Shown: positions 1 to 11,380 of the stretch, piece by piece
How positions within the stretch are numbered: the first letter of the stretch is position 1
Layout: every line of letters begins with the position of its first letter
From: Meyerozyma guilliermondii
Lineage: Eukaryota
Assembly: GCA_051546255.1 (NCBI GenBank)
Contig: CP128820.1
Coordinates: 992,001 to 1,024,188, forward strand
Reading direction: 5' to 3'
Length of the DNA: 32,188 nucleotides
Notes under the pieces: model-generated
What the model was told of the DNA's origin: nothing
The model's input: the letters and a program-made list of their open reading frames with translations, nothing else
Database searches by the model: none
Translations under genes and position numbers: made by a program

Positions 1-407
1 CCGAGTACAATCCTTCGTGGAGATACTACGAGGTGGAGGACGAATCGTTCAACATCATGAACACCTTCAACTATTACACTCCATTAAACGAGACATTTGT
101 CAATGGTGGAGATGAGCCAAGATGGGACTTTGAATATAGTGCGCGGGAAACCTATGATCCCAACGGTGAATGGCCCAAGTCGGCTCCTTTGAACGCCACG
201 TTCTGGCATAAGTTTATCTTGTCGAAATTGAACGACACTTCCAACATTGACTTTAACCAAAAGTATATGGAATTGCAATACCGTCAATCTCCATATGTGC
301 CACAATGCAAAAACGACTCCTCCATCACCGATGAGTGTTACACTCTCAACTACTGTGTCGGAGGAACGTTTTTGTCTGATGTGTACGCCAAGTGTCTCAA
401 GGAGTAA
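1..407 (+). CDS. 3' end of an acid sphingomyelinase-like metallophosphoesterase (partial; starts upstream of window)
   Basis: Frame open from base 3: EYNPSWRYYEVEDESFNIMNTFNYYTPLNETF...WDFEYSARETY...PLNATFWH, then a Cys-rich tail. Resembles the C-terminal region of fungal sphingomyelin phosphodiesterases. Confidence 0.75.
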   Translation, partial: EYNPSWRYYEVEDESFNIMNTFNYYTPLNETFVNGGDEPRWDFEYSARETYDPNGEWPKSAPLNATFWHKFILSKLNDTSNIDFNQKYMELQYRQSPYVPQCKNDSSITDECYTLNYCVGGTFLSDVYAKCLKE

Positions 408-2162
408 ATAGAAAAGTGCAAATAAACGTTATTCCAGTTCCCCATTTCAAGCGAGGAAGATTGAGTAAGTCTCTTTTCAAGGCAAGAAATTGCCTTCTTG
501 AAGAATCTAGCTCAGTGAATTGTGTGAACGTATTCGAATGGGAACTGGTTTCGGAATCTTCCATAATGATCTTAGTTGAACTGAACTGAGTTCAAATCTT
601 TCCATCTGAATCTTGATAAGCAGCCAGATTTTTGTATTATGGATACTTTAGGACTCTGGTTTGATCAAGAATGTCCTTGAAGATGACGAATATCTCTTAG
701 AGGCTCAACACCGTCGTGGTACATCCGGAACTAAACTTGTAACAAGAGTTTTCGTAATAGCACGTTGTACATCAAAATATATCATCAATTAGCTGTGGGC
801 TTGTATTTCTTTAGATCGAGAATTCCTTGCTTCATGGCTGTTGAATGTTGGTCCATCTTAACCTTTTGTGAATCATCATCAAGTTCTCTTCGGGATTCGC
901 CGAGGGTATGTTTCACTGAATACATCTATCGTCAAAGGCTCGAAATAATGTCTTCAAATTATTGAGTCCTTTCTCTGATTTTCTTGGTTTTTTCGTGGCA
1001 TCATTGACTTGCGATTAGGATAACATTTAGGTAGCGACGGTCGTGAACAAAAAATGGACAACGAGTTACAAGTTTCATTGCAACAAGTGAGCCTAATATG
1101 AGCCTAAACCACCATATACTCAAGCGGAAGCAACCTCGGACATTGGTGAGTTATTTGGGAAAAAAATAAATTGCTCTTCGCATTTGATCTCTTGGCTTGT
1201 GGGGTGCATGAATTACCTAATTTGACAGCCTTATCGTGCGTATAAAACAATAGAAGAATGAGAAGAGTTTCGTATCATTTATATATCAGAATGATTAAAA
1301 TTATCAGAAGTCTACGTAGATTATTAAAAGTGGAACAATCACTGGAAATTGAAAAGAGCAATGGGAGTACCTATTATCCTTATATTTGAAAATTGATAGC
1401 AGTAATTGCTAAAGTTTGAGGTGGGTGGTGAAAACCATCGACAATGAGGGACATCCTTTTTGTATGGAGATTTCAATCAAGATATTTGTGAAACAGCCCC
1501 AAGAGTTTGAGATTCCACGAAACCCCTGACAAAAAGTGTGTTGCTCCATTATGTACTCAAATAAGCACCTTTGTGTCGGAATAGAAGATCTCTGGTCTTA
1601 CTCCAACTCGGTTGTGACCATACTTCGGACATCATTATTATCTTATTCCAGCTCGTTTTAGGGGGCACTAGTGGGGAAGGATTCTATTCAACATTGTGGG
1701 GAATCACGTTGGCCTGTTCGACTATATCAGCGATGTTGTTGAAAGTTTGAATACAGTATGAGTGATTGCAGATTTGACCAGTATTCGATAGGAAAAGGAA
1801 CAACATTGACGGCTCTTAGTAAGCTCGGCTTTGCAGCTTTACGACTAGTTTCGACACTAGTCAGATGTCAGCGGCTTGAGTTGGTTCATTGCACCTTCAA
1901 ACTTCATTTGAGTGCTGCTAAGAAGGTAATCAATAGTTGATGGACACTCAAAATTATGGTTTCTGCTATCCTGGAAGCCGTTAAGGATGGCCTGAGCCAT
2001 AGCGTAACTGCGGTAATGCACATTGTGCAAATGTACGTATCGGGCAATGAAGATTATGCATGGAACGCAGTATGACGATGGTCAAGCTTCAAGGTGCATA
2101 ATTTGTCAGCGACAATTTGTAAGCTACAAATGTAGAGTAGCCGTCCACATTTGTCAACTGTA

Positions 2163-3707
2163 ATGTCGATGAGAAGTGCATCCACAACGTGTGAGGCAAC
2201 TATATGCGATGAACCCCAGATCGTGGTCGTGAAAGAAGAAAATGAAGAAAACGCTCACACAAATGCCGTGCCGAGCTGCGTCGAAATTAGATTCTTTCAT
2301 GAAATAGCCTTTGTATTTTGCATGTGTTGTGGACAGCTCCATGCGCAGGCAGCCGTAGCACAGGCGATGGCAGCTACCCAAGAAATTGCCAAAAGTTTTG
2401 GAGTCGAAAATCTGCCTGGTGAGCAGGCTTGGTTCTCAGCGTCATTTTCGCTGACGGTGGGTACATTTATTTTGGTTTCGGGGAAGCTTGGCGATATGTT
2501 CGGGTACAAGCTTATGTACATCACTGGCTTGTTGTTTTTTGCCTTGTGGTCGCTAATTTGTGGGTTCAGTGCGTATGCAAAATCGGCGGTCTTTTTTGAT
2601 GTTTGCAGAGCTTTGCAAGGAGCTGGTCTGGCGCTACTTTTACCCAATGCCGTTGCTGTTTTGGGTCACTATTATCCTCCAGGGTCCATGAGGAAGACTA
2701 TTGTGATGTGCTTATTCGGTGCAGCCGCACCGTCTGGTTTCAATATAGGCGCTCTTTTTTCCAGTTTTTTTGCCATGAAAGTTTGGTGGCCGTGGACGTT
2801 TTGGGTGTGTGGAATAGCCTCGGTGTGTCTCGCCTTGTTGTCATACTTGTGTATCCCCAAAAAGATAGGAACTCCATCCAGAAACGAGCCTTTCGACTGG
2901 ATAGGATCGATTTTGGCAATCAGCGGCTTGATCCTCTTCAACTTTGCCTGGAACCAAGGGTCCAATGTGGGCTGGAAGATAGTTTATAACTACGTCTTGC
3001 TCATTGTTTCAGTAGGTTTAGTGGTTGCATTTGCCATAGTTGAGGTTTACTTGAAGCATCCACTTGTGCCTATCAAATCGTTGAAGGGCGAACCGGCGTT
3101 TGTCTTGGGATGTATCGCAACTGGATGGTCCTGCTTTGGTATTTGGCTCTATTACACCTTTCAATGGGCTTTTTACATCGACAACGTCAATGCCGTGGTT
3201 GCGTCGGTTCAATTCATTCCCTGTAGCGTTACAGGATTTATGGCATCATTCACCACCGCCTATCTTCTTCGCAGAACACGGCTGTCTTTCGTGATGATTA
3301 TGGCGATGTGTGCCTTCTTTGCGGGCATAATAATCATTGGAACAAGACATGTAGGGCAAACCTACTGGGGCCAAAAATTCGTATCGTGTCTCATCCAGCC
3401 GTTTGGAATGGATATGAGTTTTCCAGCCGCCATTATCATTCTTTCCAACCACTTTCCTCCTTCGAAACAAGGAATCGCTGCTTCCTTGGTTGCAACGGTC
3501 CAGAACTATTCTGTATCTTTGGGGCTTGGATTTGCAGGTACGGTCGAAAAGTACAAGACCGACCATTTGCCCCAGACTTTTGAGCTGAAGTTGCTTGGAA
3601 TTAGAGTTGCGTTTTATATGGGAATGGGCCTCGCGGGACTCGGGGTTGTTTTTTCAGTCATCGGTGGAATTCTTCAGTGGAAGAGGACAAAAAAAGACCA
3701 GGAATGA
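2163..3707 (+). CDS. MFS drug:H+ antiporter, DHA2 family, ATR1/YMR279C-like
   Basis: First ATG at 2163 (ORF track begins at TTG 2151). Many TM segments; motifs WFSASFSxTVGTFILxSGKLGDMFGYK, RALQG, PFGMDMSFPAA, QGIAASLV. Confidence 0.88.
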   Translation: MSMRSASTTCEATICDEPQIVVVKEENEENAHTNAVPSCVEIRFFHEIAFVFCMCCGQLHAQAAVAQAMAATQEIAKSFGVENLPGEQAWFSASFSLTVGTFILVSGKLGDMFGYKLMYITGLLFFALWSLICGFSAYAKSAVFFDVCRALQGAGLALLLPNAVAVLGHYYPPGSMRKTIVMCLFGAAAPSGFNIGALFSSFFAMKVWWPWTFWVCGIASVCLALLSYLCIPKKIGTPSRNEPFDWIGSILAISGLILFNFAWNQGSNVGWKIVYNYVLLIVSVGLVVAFAIVEVYLKHPLVPIKSLKGEPAFVLGCIATGWSCFGIWLYYTFQWAFYIDNVNAVVASVQFIPCSVTGFMASFTTAYLLRRTRLSFVMIMAMCAFFAGIIIIGTRHVGQTYWGQKFVSCLIQPFGMDMSFPAAIIILSNHFPPSKQGIAASLVATVQNYSVSLGLGFAGTVEKYKTDHLPQTFELKLLGIRVAFYMGMGLAGLGVVFSVIGGILQWKRTKKDQE

Positions 3708-3946
3708 GAAAGAGCCATGTGCTAGTAACGAGATAAAATGAGCCAAAGGCATTAACTATGGCCTGTTCATTCAGTACCTCAATTGTGGATAATACAGATT
3801 TTAAACCAAGTTCACAGTACGGTCTGAAGGTGAAACTAACTTGATTTCATCCACTACTCTTCTACGGTTGTTTCCGAGAATAATTTTTGTCCGAGTCGAA
3901 GATATCGTGATTCACCTTTTTATCTCATGTTTATGCCGATTAATAT

Positions 3947-3953
3947 TGACTAA
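3947..3953 (+). promoter_or_regulatory. Putative Yap1/Cap1 response element (TGACTAA) upstream of the GRE2-like gene
   Basis: Exact TGACTAA ~320 bp upstream of ATG 4271; GRE2-type genes are known Yap1/Cap1 targets. Confidence 0.35.
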
Positions 3954-4270
3954 GTAAAAAGTGCGAAGTGCTCACTTTAAATCATCATTATTGCCGCAGT
4001 CACATGTTTACTGCCTTAAACCGGATTCTATTATCCGACGCACAATGCACCAAAGCAGTGGCAAATTGACGATTTATTATCCGATTATTCAGGGTTTACC
4101 TGGAAACGGAAAGTCCGTTGCATCGGACGCACGGTGGTTAATGCAGGGAAATACCGTCATTACCTAATGCGGCCGGGCCGACGCACAGGGCGCAGCAACT
4201 TAACAATACTTCACGGCAACATTTCCACTATAAATAACGTGGCAATTTCCCATCAATTTTCTCAACAATT

Positions 4271-5287
4271 ATGTCGACCACTGTTTTCGTTTCTGGTGCT
4301 ACCGGGTTCATTGCCCAACATGTGATTAAGCAGTTAATTGAAAAGAATTATAAAGTGGTTGGATCTGTTAGATCTAAGGAAAAGGGCGATCAACTCGTGT
4401 CCAAATTTGGTGATTCTTTCCAGTACGAAATCGTTAGTGATATTGGTAAAAGTGGCGCTTTTGACGAGGCTTTGAAGAAACATCAGGATGTGACGGTTTT
4501 CCTTCATACCGCTTCGCCATTCCATTTCAACACCGACAACGTGGAGAAGGATTTGTATCAACCCGCCGAAGAGGGAACCAACAATGCTTTGAAGGCAATT
4601 GAGAAATATGGTCCTCAGGTGAAGCATGTGGTGATCACGTCGTCATTTGCTGCTGTTTTGGACTCTAAGAGAGAAAAGGACCCGTCCTTGACCTACACCG
4701 AAGAAAATTGGAACCCTATGACCAGAGAAGAAGGAACGGAAAATGCATTCTCAGGATACATGGTGTCCAAGAAATTGGCAGAAAAGGCTGCGTGGGACTT
4801 TGTTGAGAAATCAAAACCCAACTTTGTGTTAACTTCCGTCAATCCAACCTACGTCTTTGGACCACAAGCATTTGATTCCGACATCAAAGATAGTCTCAAC
4901 ACTTCGTCTGAGCTTATCAACGCTGCGCTCAAATTGAAGCCTGGTGAAGAGCTTCCTACTTATACCGGACCCTACATTGATGTCAGAGACGTTGCTGAGG
5001 CGCACTTGGTTGCTTTTGAAAAGGAAGATGCAAAGAACCAGCGGTTGGTGTTGGCCGATGGCCGGTTCACGTTCCAAGATTTCCTTGATATTATTCACAA
5101 GAACTTTCCTGAAAAAGCAAAAGCAAAGAATATCCCATTAGGAAACCCCGGATCTAGCAAGAAAGACCTTGCTAATGCAGCAAAGTTGAATTTTGCCAAG
5201 ACCGATAAGGTGATGGGAATCAAGTATATTGACTTGGAGAAATCTGTGGTTGACACTGTCAAGCAGATTTTCGATGCCGAGAAGTAG
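4271..5287 (+). CDS. NADPH-dependent methylglyoxal/aldehyde reductase, GRE2/GRP2 family (extended SDR)
   Basis: VFVSGATGFIA Rossmann motif, HTASP, VVITSS, YxxSK (YMVSKKLAEKAAWDF), IDVRDVA; 338 aa. Confidence 0.93.
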   Translation: MSTTVFVSGATGFIAQHVIKQLIEKNYKVVGSVRSKEKGDQLVSKFGDSFQYEIVSDIGKSGAFDEALKKHQDVTVFLHTASPFHFNTDNVEKDLYQPAEEGTNNALKAIEKYGPQVKHVVITSSFAAVLDSKREKDPSLTYTEENWNPMTREEGTENAFSGYMVSKKLAEKAAWDFVEKSKPNFVLTSVNPTYVFGPQAFDSDIKDSLNTSSELINAALKLKPGEELPTYTGPYIDVRDVAEAHLVAFEKEDAKNQRLVLADGRFTFQDFLDIIHKNFPEKAKAKNIPLGNPGSSKKDLANAAKLNFAKTDKVMGIKYIDLEKSVVDTVKQIFDAEK

Positions 5288-5611
5288 TTTGAATAGAGAC
5301 AAATAACGCGGAAAGGAATGTAACATGTGAAAAATATTAGAACTAGTACTAGAACAGATCCTTATTAATTGAACCTGAAATACTCACATTGCTCAAAAAT
5401 ATGCCAAAAATATTGGTCTAGCTCTTTCGCTAGCTCTATAGTCTGCCTTTTAGCTCATTATGGCCGAGTTCCGGCTCGCACCGGTTCCGATTCGCATCCG
5501 GCTGCACCGAATTCCGACGCGAAGTCCGGTCATGATTTCGGCCGCAAAAGGAACGGTGCTTACGTGAGATTTAGATATTCGAGACTAATCTCACATATTC
5601 GATGCCGTTCT

Positions 5612-5618
5612 TTAGTCA
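5612..5618 (+). promoter_or_regulatory. Putative Yap1/Cap1 site (TTAGTCA) upstream of thioredoxin
   Basis: TTAGTCA ~160 bp upstream of ATG 5775; TATATAA at ~5732. Confidence 0.35.
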
Positions 5619-5774
5619 TACTAGAAGGTCCGGCCCGACATGGTCTAGTCGGTACCACAATCGGTTCCAATCGGTTCCAAATCGGTTGCATTGCAGTTAA
5701 AAGTGATCGGGAATGGTGACCAAACTTGACATATATAAGCACGGTTTGCAGCCGTTTTTTCAAATGTGTAGTCA

Positions 5775-6086
5775 ATGATAGTCGAGGTTAAATCCAAGCA
5801 ACAGCTAATAGATGCTATACAATACCATGGCTTAGTGGTGGTAGATTTCTATGCGCAATGGTGTGGTCCTTGTAAAACCGTCTCACCTATTTTGGAAAAA
5901 TTATCTGACGAGTATGATGAAGTGAAATTTTTAAAAGTTGATGTTGATGCATTGAGCGAGTTGACACTGGAATATGAAGTCACTAGTATGCCTACAATTT
6001 TATTTTTCAAGGAAGGAAATAAAGAAGGAAGGGTAGTTGGTGCCAATATTCCTGCGTTGAGACAAGTAATTGCTGCACTTGCTTAA
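5775..6086 (+). CDS. Cytosolic thioredoxin
   Basis: 103 aa; VVVDFYAQWCGPCK active site, FLKVDVD, SMPT cis-Pro motif, VVGAN. Confidence 0.96.
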   Translation: MIVEVKSKQQLIDAIQYHGLVVVDFYAQWCGPCKTVSPILEKLSDEYDEVKFLKVDVDALSELTLEYEVTSMPTILFFKEGNKEGRVVGANIPALRQVIAALA

Positions 6087-6769
6087 CCTAGGGCTGTACA
6101 TAGCATTATAGACAAATACAGACGAATATGATTGTAGTTTCAGACTATTTGATCTCATCGGCCAATCACCTCGGCCGTTGCAAGATGACGTGGTCGTGCA
6201 GAAACCTGCAGTTTGACATCTGTACGGGGTGCATGAAGATGCGTCGGTGGAGATGAGGTAAGGCCAATATAAGCGAAAGAGATGAATGAAACCAAAACCA
6301 AATAGCACAAATAGCCGAATGGTACTAAGCACAAATGAGTATGTTTGGCAAATGGTATTTCTGATCTCAAAAACAGAAAAATTCGATTTTTGATATTTTA
6401 TCGAGTGAACTCGAATTGCACCAGTAGCCTAGAATTGGAGGTAACTAGAGACTCAAAAAATCTACAGTCATTCAGTTCAATTGAAGATTCTGGTTTCAAT
6501 TGTAAACTTTTCTATCTCCACTTTCTTTCTCCACACTCTTTCTCCACTTTCTGTTTCCGTAAAGCTATCCGGAAGAAATCCAAAACAATCCGAGAGTAAG
6601 CTAGCAACATATCTTTCCGATCTAATCCGCGTGTTTTCTTGCTCCACGTTTCGAGCATCTTGGCACCCCAACACTTTTCCGTTACCCGATTGGGACAGTG
6701 CCGCGCACTGATAAGATATGCAGCAACCCGCATATATACCAATCAATTGGCAAAATTGTACCAAAAATT

Positions 6770-8050
6770 ATGACTCCAATTAAGTACGTTTCCAAAGTCG
6801 ACTTGACAAAATCCGGTGACCAGCATCCTGGTGTTCACAACCGGTGGCATCCAGATGTCCCATCTTTTGCAACAATTAAGCCTGGCGAAACTGTCAAAAT
6901 TGAGTGCTTAGATTGGACCGGAAACCAAATTAAAAATGACGATTGTGCCGACGATTTAAGAAACGTCGATTTGACTCGGATCCACTACTTATCGGGTCCT
7001 TTTGACATTGAAGGAGCAGAACCTGGAGATTGCTTGGTAATTGAGCTTAAAGATGTCCAGCCATTGGAGAGACGACCATGGGGCTATTGTGGAGTTTTCC
7101 ACAAGGAAAATGGCGGGGGATTTCTTGAAAAGTTTTATCCGGAATGTGCCAAGGCTATATTTGATTTTGAAGGAATTTATGCCACTTCTAGACATATTCC
7201 TCATGTCAAATTTGCAGGACTTGTTCATCCTGGCTTGATGGGAACGGCACCTTCTCCTGAAATTTTGAAGGAATGGAATTCCAGAGAGTCAGAACTCAAG
7301 GAAAAGCACCAGCATCAACACGAAACAGAGGTGGCTCTTTTGCCGGAAGAAAAAAATTGTCATGCTGGGTCCGCAACCGGCGACCTTTTGGCTAAAATTG
7401 GTAGAGAAGGTGCTCGTACAGTTCCTGGGCGTCCTGAACATGGAGGAAATTGTGACATCAAGAACCTTTCTCGGGGCTCAAAATGTTATTTTCCCGTTCA
7501 TGTCAAGGGTGCAAAATTCTCCATTGGAGATTTACACTTTTCGCAAGGTGATGGAGAAATTAGTTTTTGTGGAGCAATTGAAATGGCTGGAGTTGTTACC
7601 CTATCAGCTTCTATCATCAAAGGAGGTGTTGAAAAATTGAAATTGAAATCTCCAATGTATGTTCCTGGTGAAGTTGCCAACCATTATGGACCATCTCGGT
7701 ACTTGACATTTGAAGGATTTTCTGTCGATGAACATGGCGATCAAAAATTCTTGTGTTTAACCACGGCTTATCGCCAATGTTGTATCCGAGCAATTGAGTA
7801 CTTGCGTCGCTTTGGATACAACGATTATCAAATTTACTTGTTCTTATCCACTGCTCCCATCGAGGGACATATTGCTGGAGTGGTTGATGTTCCTAATGCT
7901 TGTACCACGTTGGGAATCCCCATGGACATTTTTGACTTTGATATTCGGCCAGAAGCAGAGGTTAAGAAGCTCGATATGGGCAATTGTGCATTTGTGAGTG
8001 GTGCTTCTCATGCTGTGACTTTTGACTTTGATAAACTCGAAAAAAAATAG
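6770..8050 (+). CDS. Formamidase (FmdA/AmdA acetamidase-formamidase family)
   Basis: ATG at 6770 (MTPIKYV) after CATATATA; HNRWHPD, ECLDWTG, EHGGNCDIKNLSRGS, GDLHFSQGDGEISFCGAIEM, VDVPNAC. Confidence 0.93.
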   Translation: MTPIKYVSKVDLTKSGDQHPGVHNRWHPDVPSFATIKPGETVKIECLDWTGNQIKNDDCADDLRNVDLTRIHYLSGPFDIEGAEPGDCLVIELKDVQPLERRPWGYCGVFHKENGGGFLEKFYPECAKAIFDFEGIYATSRHIPHVKFAGLVHPGLMGTAPSPEILKEWNSRESELKEKHQHQHETEVALLPEEKNCHAGSATGDLLAKIGREGARTVPGRPEHGGNCDIKNLSRGSKCYFPVHVKGAKFSIGDLHFSQGDGEISFCGAIEMAGVVTLSASIIKGGVEKLKLKSPMYVPGEVANHYGPSRYLTFEGFSVDEHGDQKFLCLTTAYRQCCIRAIEYLRRFGYNDYQIYLFLSTAPIEGHIAGVVDVPNACTTLGIPMDIFDFDIRPEAEVKKLDMGNCAFVSGASHAVTFDFDKLEKK

Positions 8051-8881
8051 TCGAAAAAAATTATCGAAAAAGTTTGAATAAATGCATTTTCATCTTTCTA
8101 AACTGACAGAATTGTCTCTATGTGCTTTCGTTATCCTTTGCTTAACTACCTTGATGCCGAGACTTGATGACTACTCATTTGAGTTATCTTGCGAGAATTG
8201 TCTTGGTTATTATATGAGCCTTAATCAAAGTCTTTTGCAGTAACCAAAGATAAATTTGAACGAGTAGTGTACGCCCACATGAACAGCCCATTTCTAGAGC
8301 GATTTATATACTATTCTATTGTCTAATTGCTGAACTTTTTTATTTTGAGAAAAAACCTGCCTTAGTGAATGAAATCGTGATTTCGTCAATGTGCTCAGAT
8401 TTGGTGATTTGGCTTCCATACCACAATTTCAAGTGCTTGCTCTGCCGACTTGAGTTCCAGACAAATATCAAGTCATTTTGAAGGAAAAATATCTGGGAGC
8501 CTCACAATTGCAAAAAATGAAGATTTTGCATAGAGTACCTGAAGAAAAAAACCCTGGGTTTTGGATCAGAATTCAGCAAATGAAATACCTAGCCATAGTT
8601 CTTGTAACATTTCTTCACTTTAAAGCAACCAACTCGAAATGACATAACTATAGGACTTAAGAAACCTTTCGAGGCCATAATTTGATCGTGCGTTTTGACC
8701 GTTTCGCATATACCGTTTTGGGCTTTTTGCAGCCATTCCTGATGCAAAAGACAATACCGTAAAAACGGTAAGAGTGATCTCGACAAGCTTGAACAGCCAA
8801 GAAAAGTCAATTTTCGGAACATTGAGTCATTTTTTTTACCCATTGCGGTGAGCAGAGCATCTAGACGGTGAATGCGAAATA

Positions 8882-8891
8882 CGAGCAAATA
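8882..8891 (-). promoter_or_regulatory. Putative Mac1 copper-response element (TATTTGCTCG)
   Basis: Matches TTTGC(T/G)C(A/G) ~100 bp upstream of the FRE7-like ATG, upstream of TATAT at ~8957. Confidence 0.4.
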
Positions 8892-8989
8892 TTGAAAAAA
8901 TGAAAATTTAGCATCTCGAAAATGAGCTCATGTCTTAACCTATTCCAGAACAGGAGTATATAAGTTCTCGAGGATCACCAAAAACGATA

Positions 8990-10793
8990 ATGTTCAAACG
9001 TATGATCATGTTCAATATCTCTGGACCTTCGGGTCGGAGGTATAAAGACGTCGACTGTGTCCATGATATGGGTACTCCACTCTATGAAAAGTACGGTGCT
9101 CAGCTGCAAGCCGAAGTTAGTTACTATGATCAGCCCAAATATGCCAAATATACCATCTATTTTGGAATTTCATTGATATTTTTGGCCATGTTGAAACATC
9201 TTTGGTATCGCATTCATGATAGACTTAAAATCAGTTCAAATAGTTCAAACTACTTTTCAGCTTTTGTTGATGTTACAACCAGCTATTGCAGGTTTCTCGG
9301 GTATAAACAAGTACCACCAATCCTATGTACCATTTTTGGGCTTCCAGCAAATTTTGGCTCACTTTTGTTCATGATGGCTTCAACTTTATATTTGGGATTA
9401 TACTGTTTTGTGCCGCATTTTTGGTATAGAGGTTGTGGTGGGTTTGGTTCTCCTCCATTGGCTATTCGTGCTGGACTTATGGCTACGGCATTGACTCCAT
9501 TCATTTACGTCTTGGCTGGTAAGTCCAATGCCATCACCCTGATCACCGGAATTTCGTACGAAAAATTGAATTCTGCTCATCAATTTTTAGGATTAGCTTC
9601 TTTGGTTCTTTCCATTGTCCATGTGGTTCCATATATCTATCAGGGATTGGCAGAATATGGAGCAGCTAGTATGAGAGTTCAAATGACCACGGCATTCTAC
9701 TATATGAGTGGAATACCACCGTTGATCTTTTTGGGTCTTTTATGTCTCTTGTCGAATAAGTGGATTCGACGTCAATGTTACGAAGGATTTGTATCGTTTC
9801 ATTGGCTTCTTGGAATAGCTTATTTTGCAACACTTGTGTGGCATATCAATTGGGGTCTCAATGCTCAAAATTACATGTGGGGAGCCTTAGCATTCTGGAT
9901 GTCACAATTGGGTTATAGGGCTCTTGTGAAGACGGCATTTAGACCCAATGCCCTTTTTCTTCGTCCCAGAATTGCTTATTTGACAAGATCAGGTCCCGAA
10001 GCTTTTCTTGTAGAAATTCCAAATTCAAAGGTTTCTTGTAAACCTGGTCAGCATTGCTACCTTCGGTTCTTTGGATCAAGATTTTTGGATAACCATCCGT
10101 TTTCCGTAGCAACTATTCCAGACGAGGAAACTCCAGATATGAAATTTCTCGTTATTCCAAAGAAGGGTCTTACGAGAAAGTTGCACAAGGAATTAGTGGA
10201 CAATGTTTCCACACAAAAAAAAGGTGTATATCGATGGTCCATATGGTGGAAGTGTTAGGGACGAAACATCGTTTGAAAAAGTAGTACTTGTTTCTACTGG
10301 AAGTGGTATCAGTGCAGTACTTCCGTTTCTTATCAAGTTGGCTAACCACGTTTCTTCTTGTCGAGCCAATGGAGTCAAGTTTATAACCCAAAAAGTCCAT
10401 TTTATTTGGATCATCAGGTATGAGCACGATCTTACTTGGTTTGAACAGGAAATTTTCGATAGTTTGAGAAAAGCTGAAGATATTATCGAGGTCAATATCT
10501 ATGTTTGTCACAAGGAACCAGATACCAAATCAATATCTTCTAAACAAGAAAGCGATGTCGTCAGAGAAACCAAACAAAATGTGATTTATATGCGTCCAGA
10601 TATAAAATCGGTGATAAAAGCAGCAACTTTGCTGCTTGGTAAACGGACAATGATTGTTAGTTCTGGCTCAGATTCAATGAAGAGAACAGTTAGTAGGGTG
10701 GCTTCGAGTCTTCAAGCTAGAATTTTCAATGGAGATGTCAATAACCAAGGCATTGAGGAAGTTTACCTTCATACTGAAAGTTTCGGTTGGTGA
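8990..10793 (+). pseudogene. Ferric/cupric reductase (FRE7-like) split by a +1 frameshift in an A8 run (real lesion or sequencing error)
   Basis: ORF 8990-10258 has TM heme His motifs (KLNSAHQ, SIVH, VSFHW, LVWH), KPGQH and HPFS. ORF 10203-10793 has VYIDGPYGG, STGSGI, EVYLHTESFGW. Removing one A from 10215-10222 fuses them as ..STQKKVYIDGPYG.. Confidence 0.88.
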
Positions 10794-11228
10794 GCAAGAA
10801 ATAGAACTTTGAAAAATATATGGTTGAAAATTTACCTTGAAGCAGAATGAAGAGATTGAGTAACTGGGAAAGGAGGAAATTCCGTATCTTTGAATTAGCC
10901 AATTTAATTAAGAAGTATAACTGACTTTTTGCAGCCGCAATCCTGCATATACATATTAGTCCATGCACCTTCCTAAATCCACCTTGGCTAATGATCTATT
11001 CAAATCGAGAGCAGGAAAATCTAAAATAAGTTCATAGTTTGGCTACCGCTCAATAAAACCCTTAAAGCCTCCAAATTCATCTCAACTTGTTATTTGCAAT
11101 TCGGCTTCTCGAACATAAGCAAACTAGTATAATTCATCACCTCTGCACCAATGCGCATCGTTAATGCAGTCCAAATATAGTTCGGGGAATTATAAAAGTA
11201 TGCCTTTCTATGGTGTTCGCTATATATG

Positions 11229-11377
11229 GGTGTTGGGTGCAATTCAGGAAGGTGTTAGGATGGGATAAGGCAAGGTGTTAGGATGTCTATAACCAGATGT
11301 TAGGATGTTTGAGAGTTGATGTTGGGGTTTATCATGCACGGTGCTAGGATGCATAAAAGAAATCTGGTGCTGGGATG
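11229..11377 (+). repeat. Phased array of 7 degenerate G(G/A)TG(T/C)T(A/G)GGATG motifs, period ~22 bp
   Basis: Motif starts at 11229, 11251, 11274, 11296, 11318, 11340, 11366 (spacings 22,23,22,22,22,26) with non-conserved linkers. Confidence 0.75.
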
Positions 11378-11380
11378 CGC

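Noticed and set aside
420..2150. Short ORFs and possible gene relics between the sphingomyelinase-like and MFS genes
   Set aside because: No recognisable motif; cannot be supported without a search.
11229..11377. CRISPR-like repeat/spacer appearance
   Set aside because: Eukaryotic context, 12-bp degenerate repeats with ~10-bp linkers, no cas genes.
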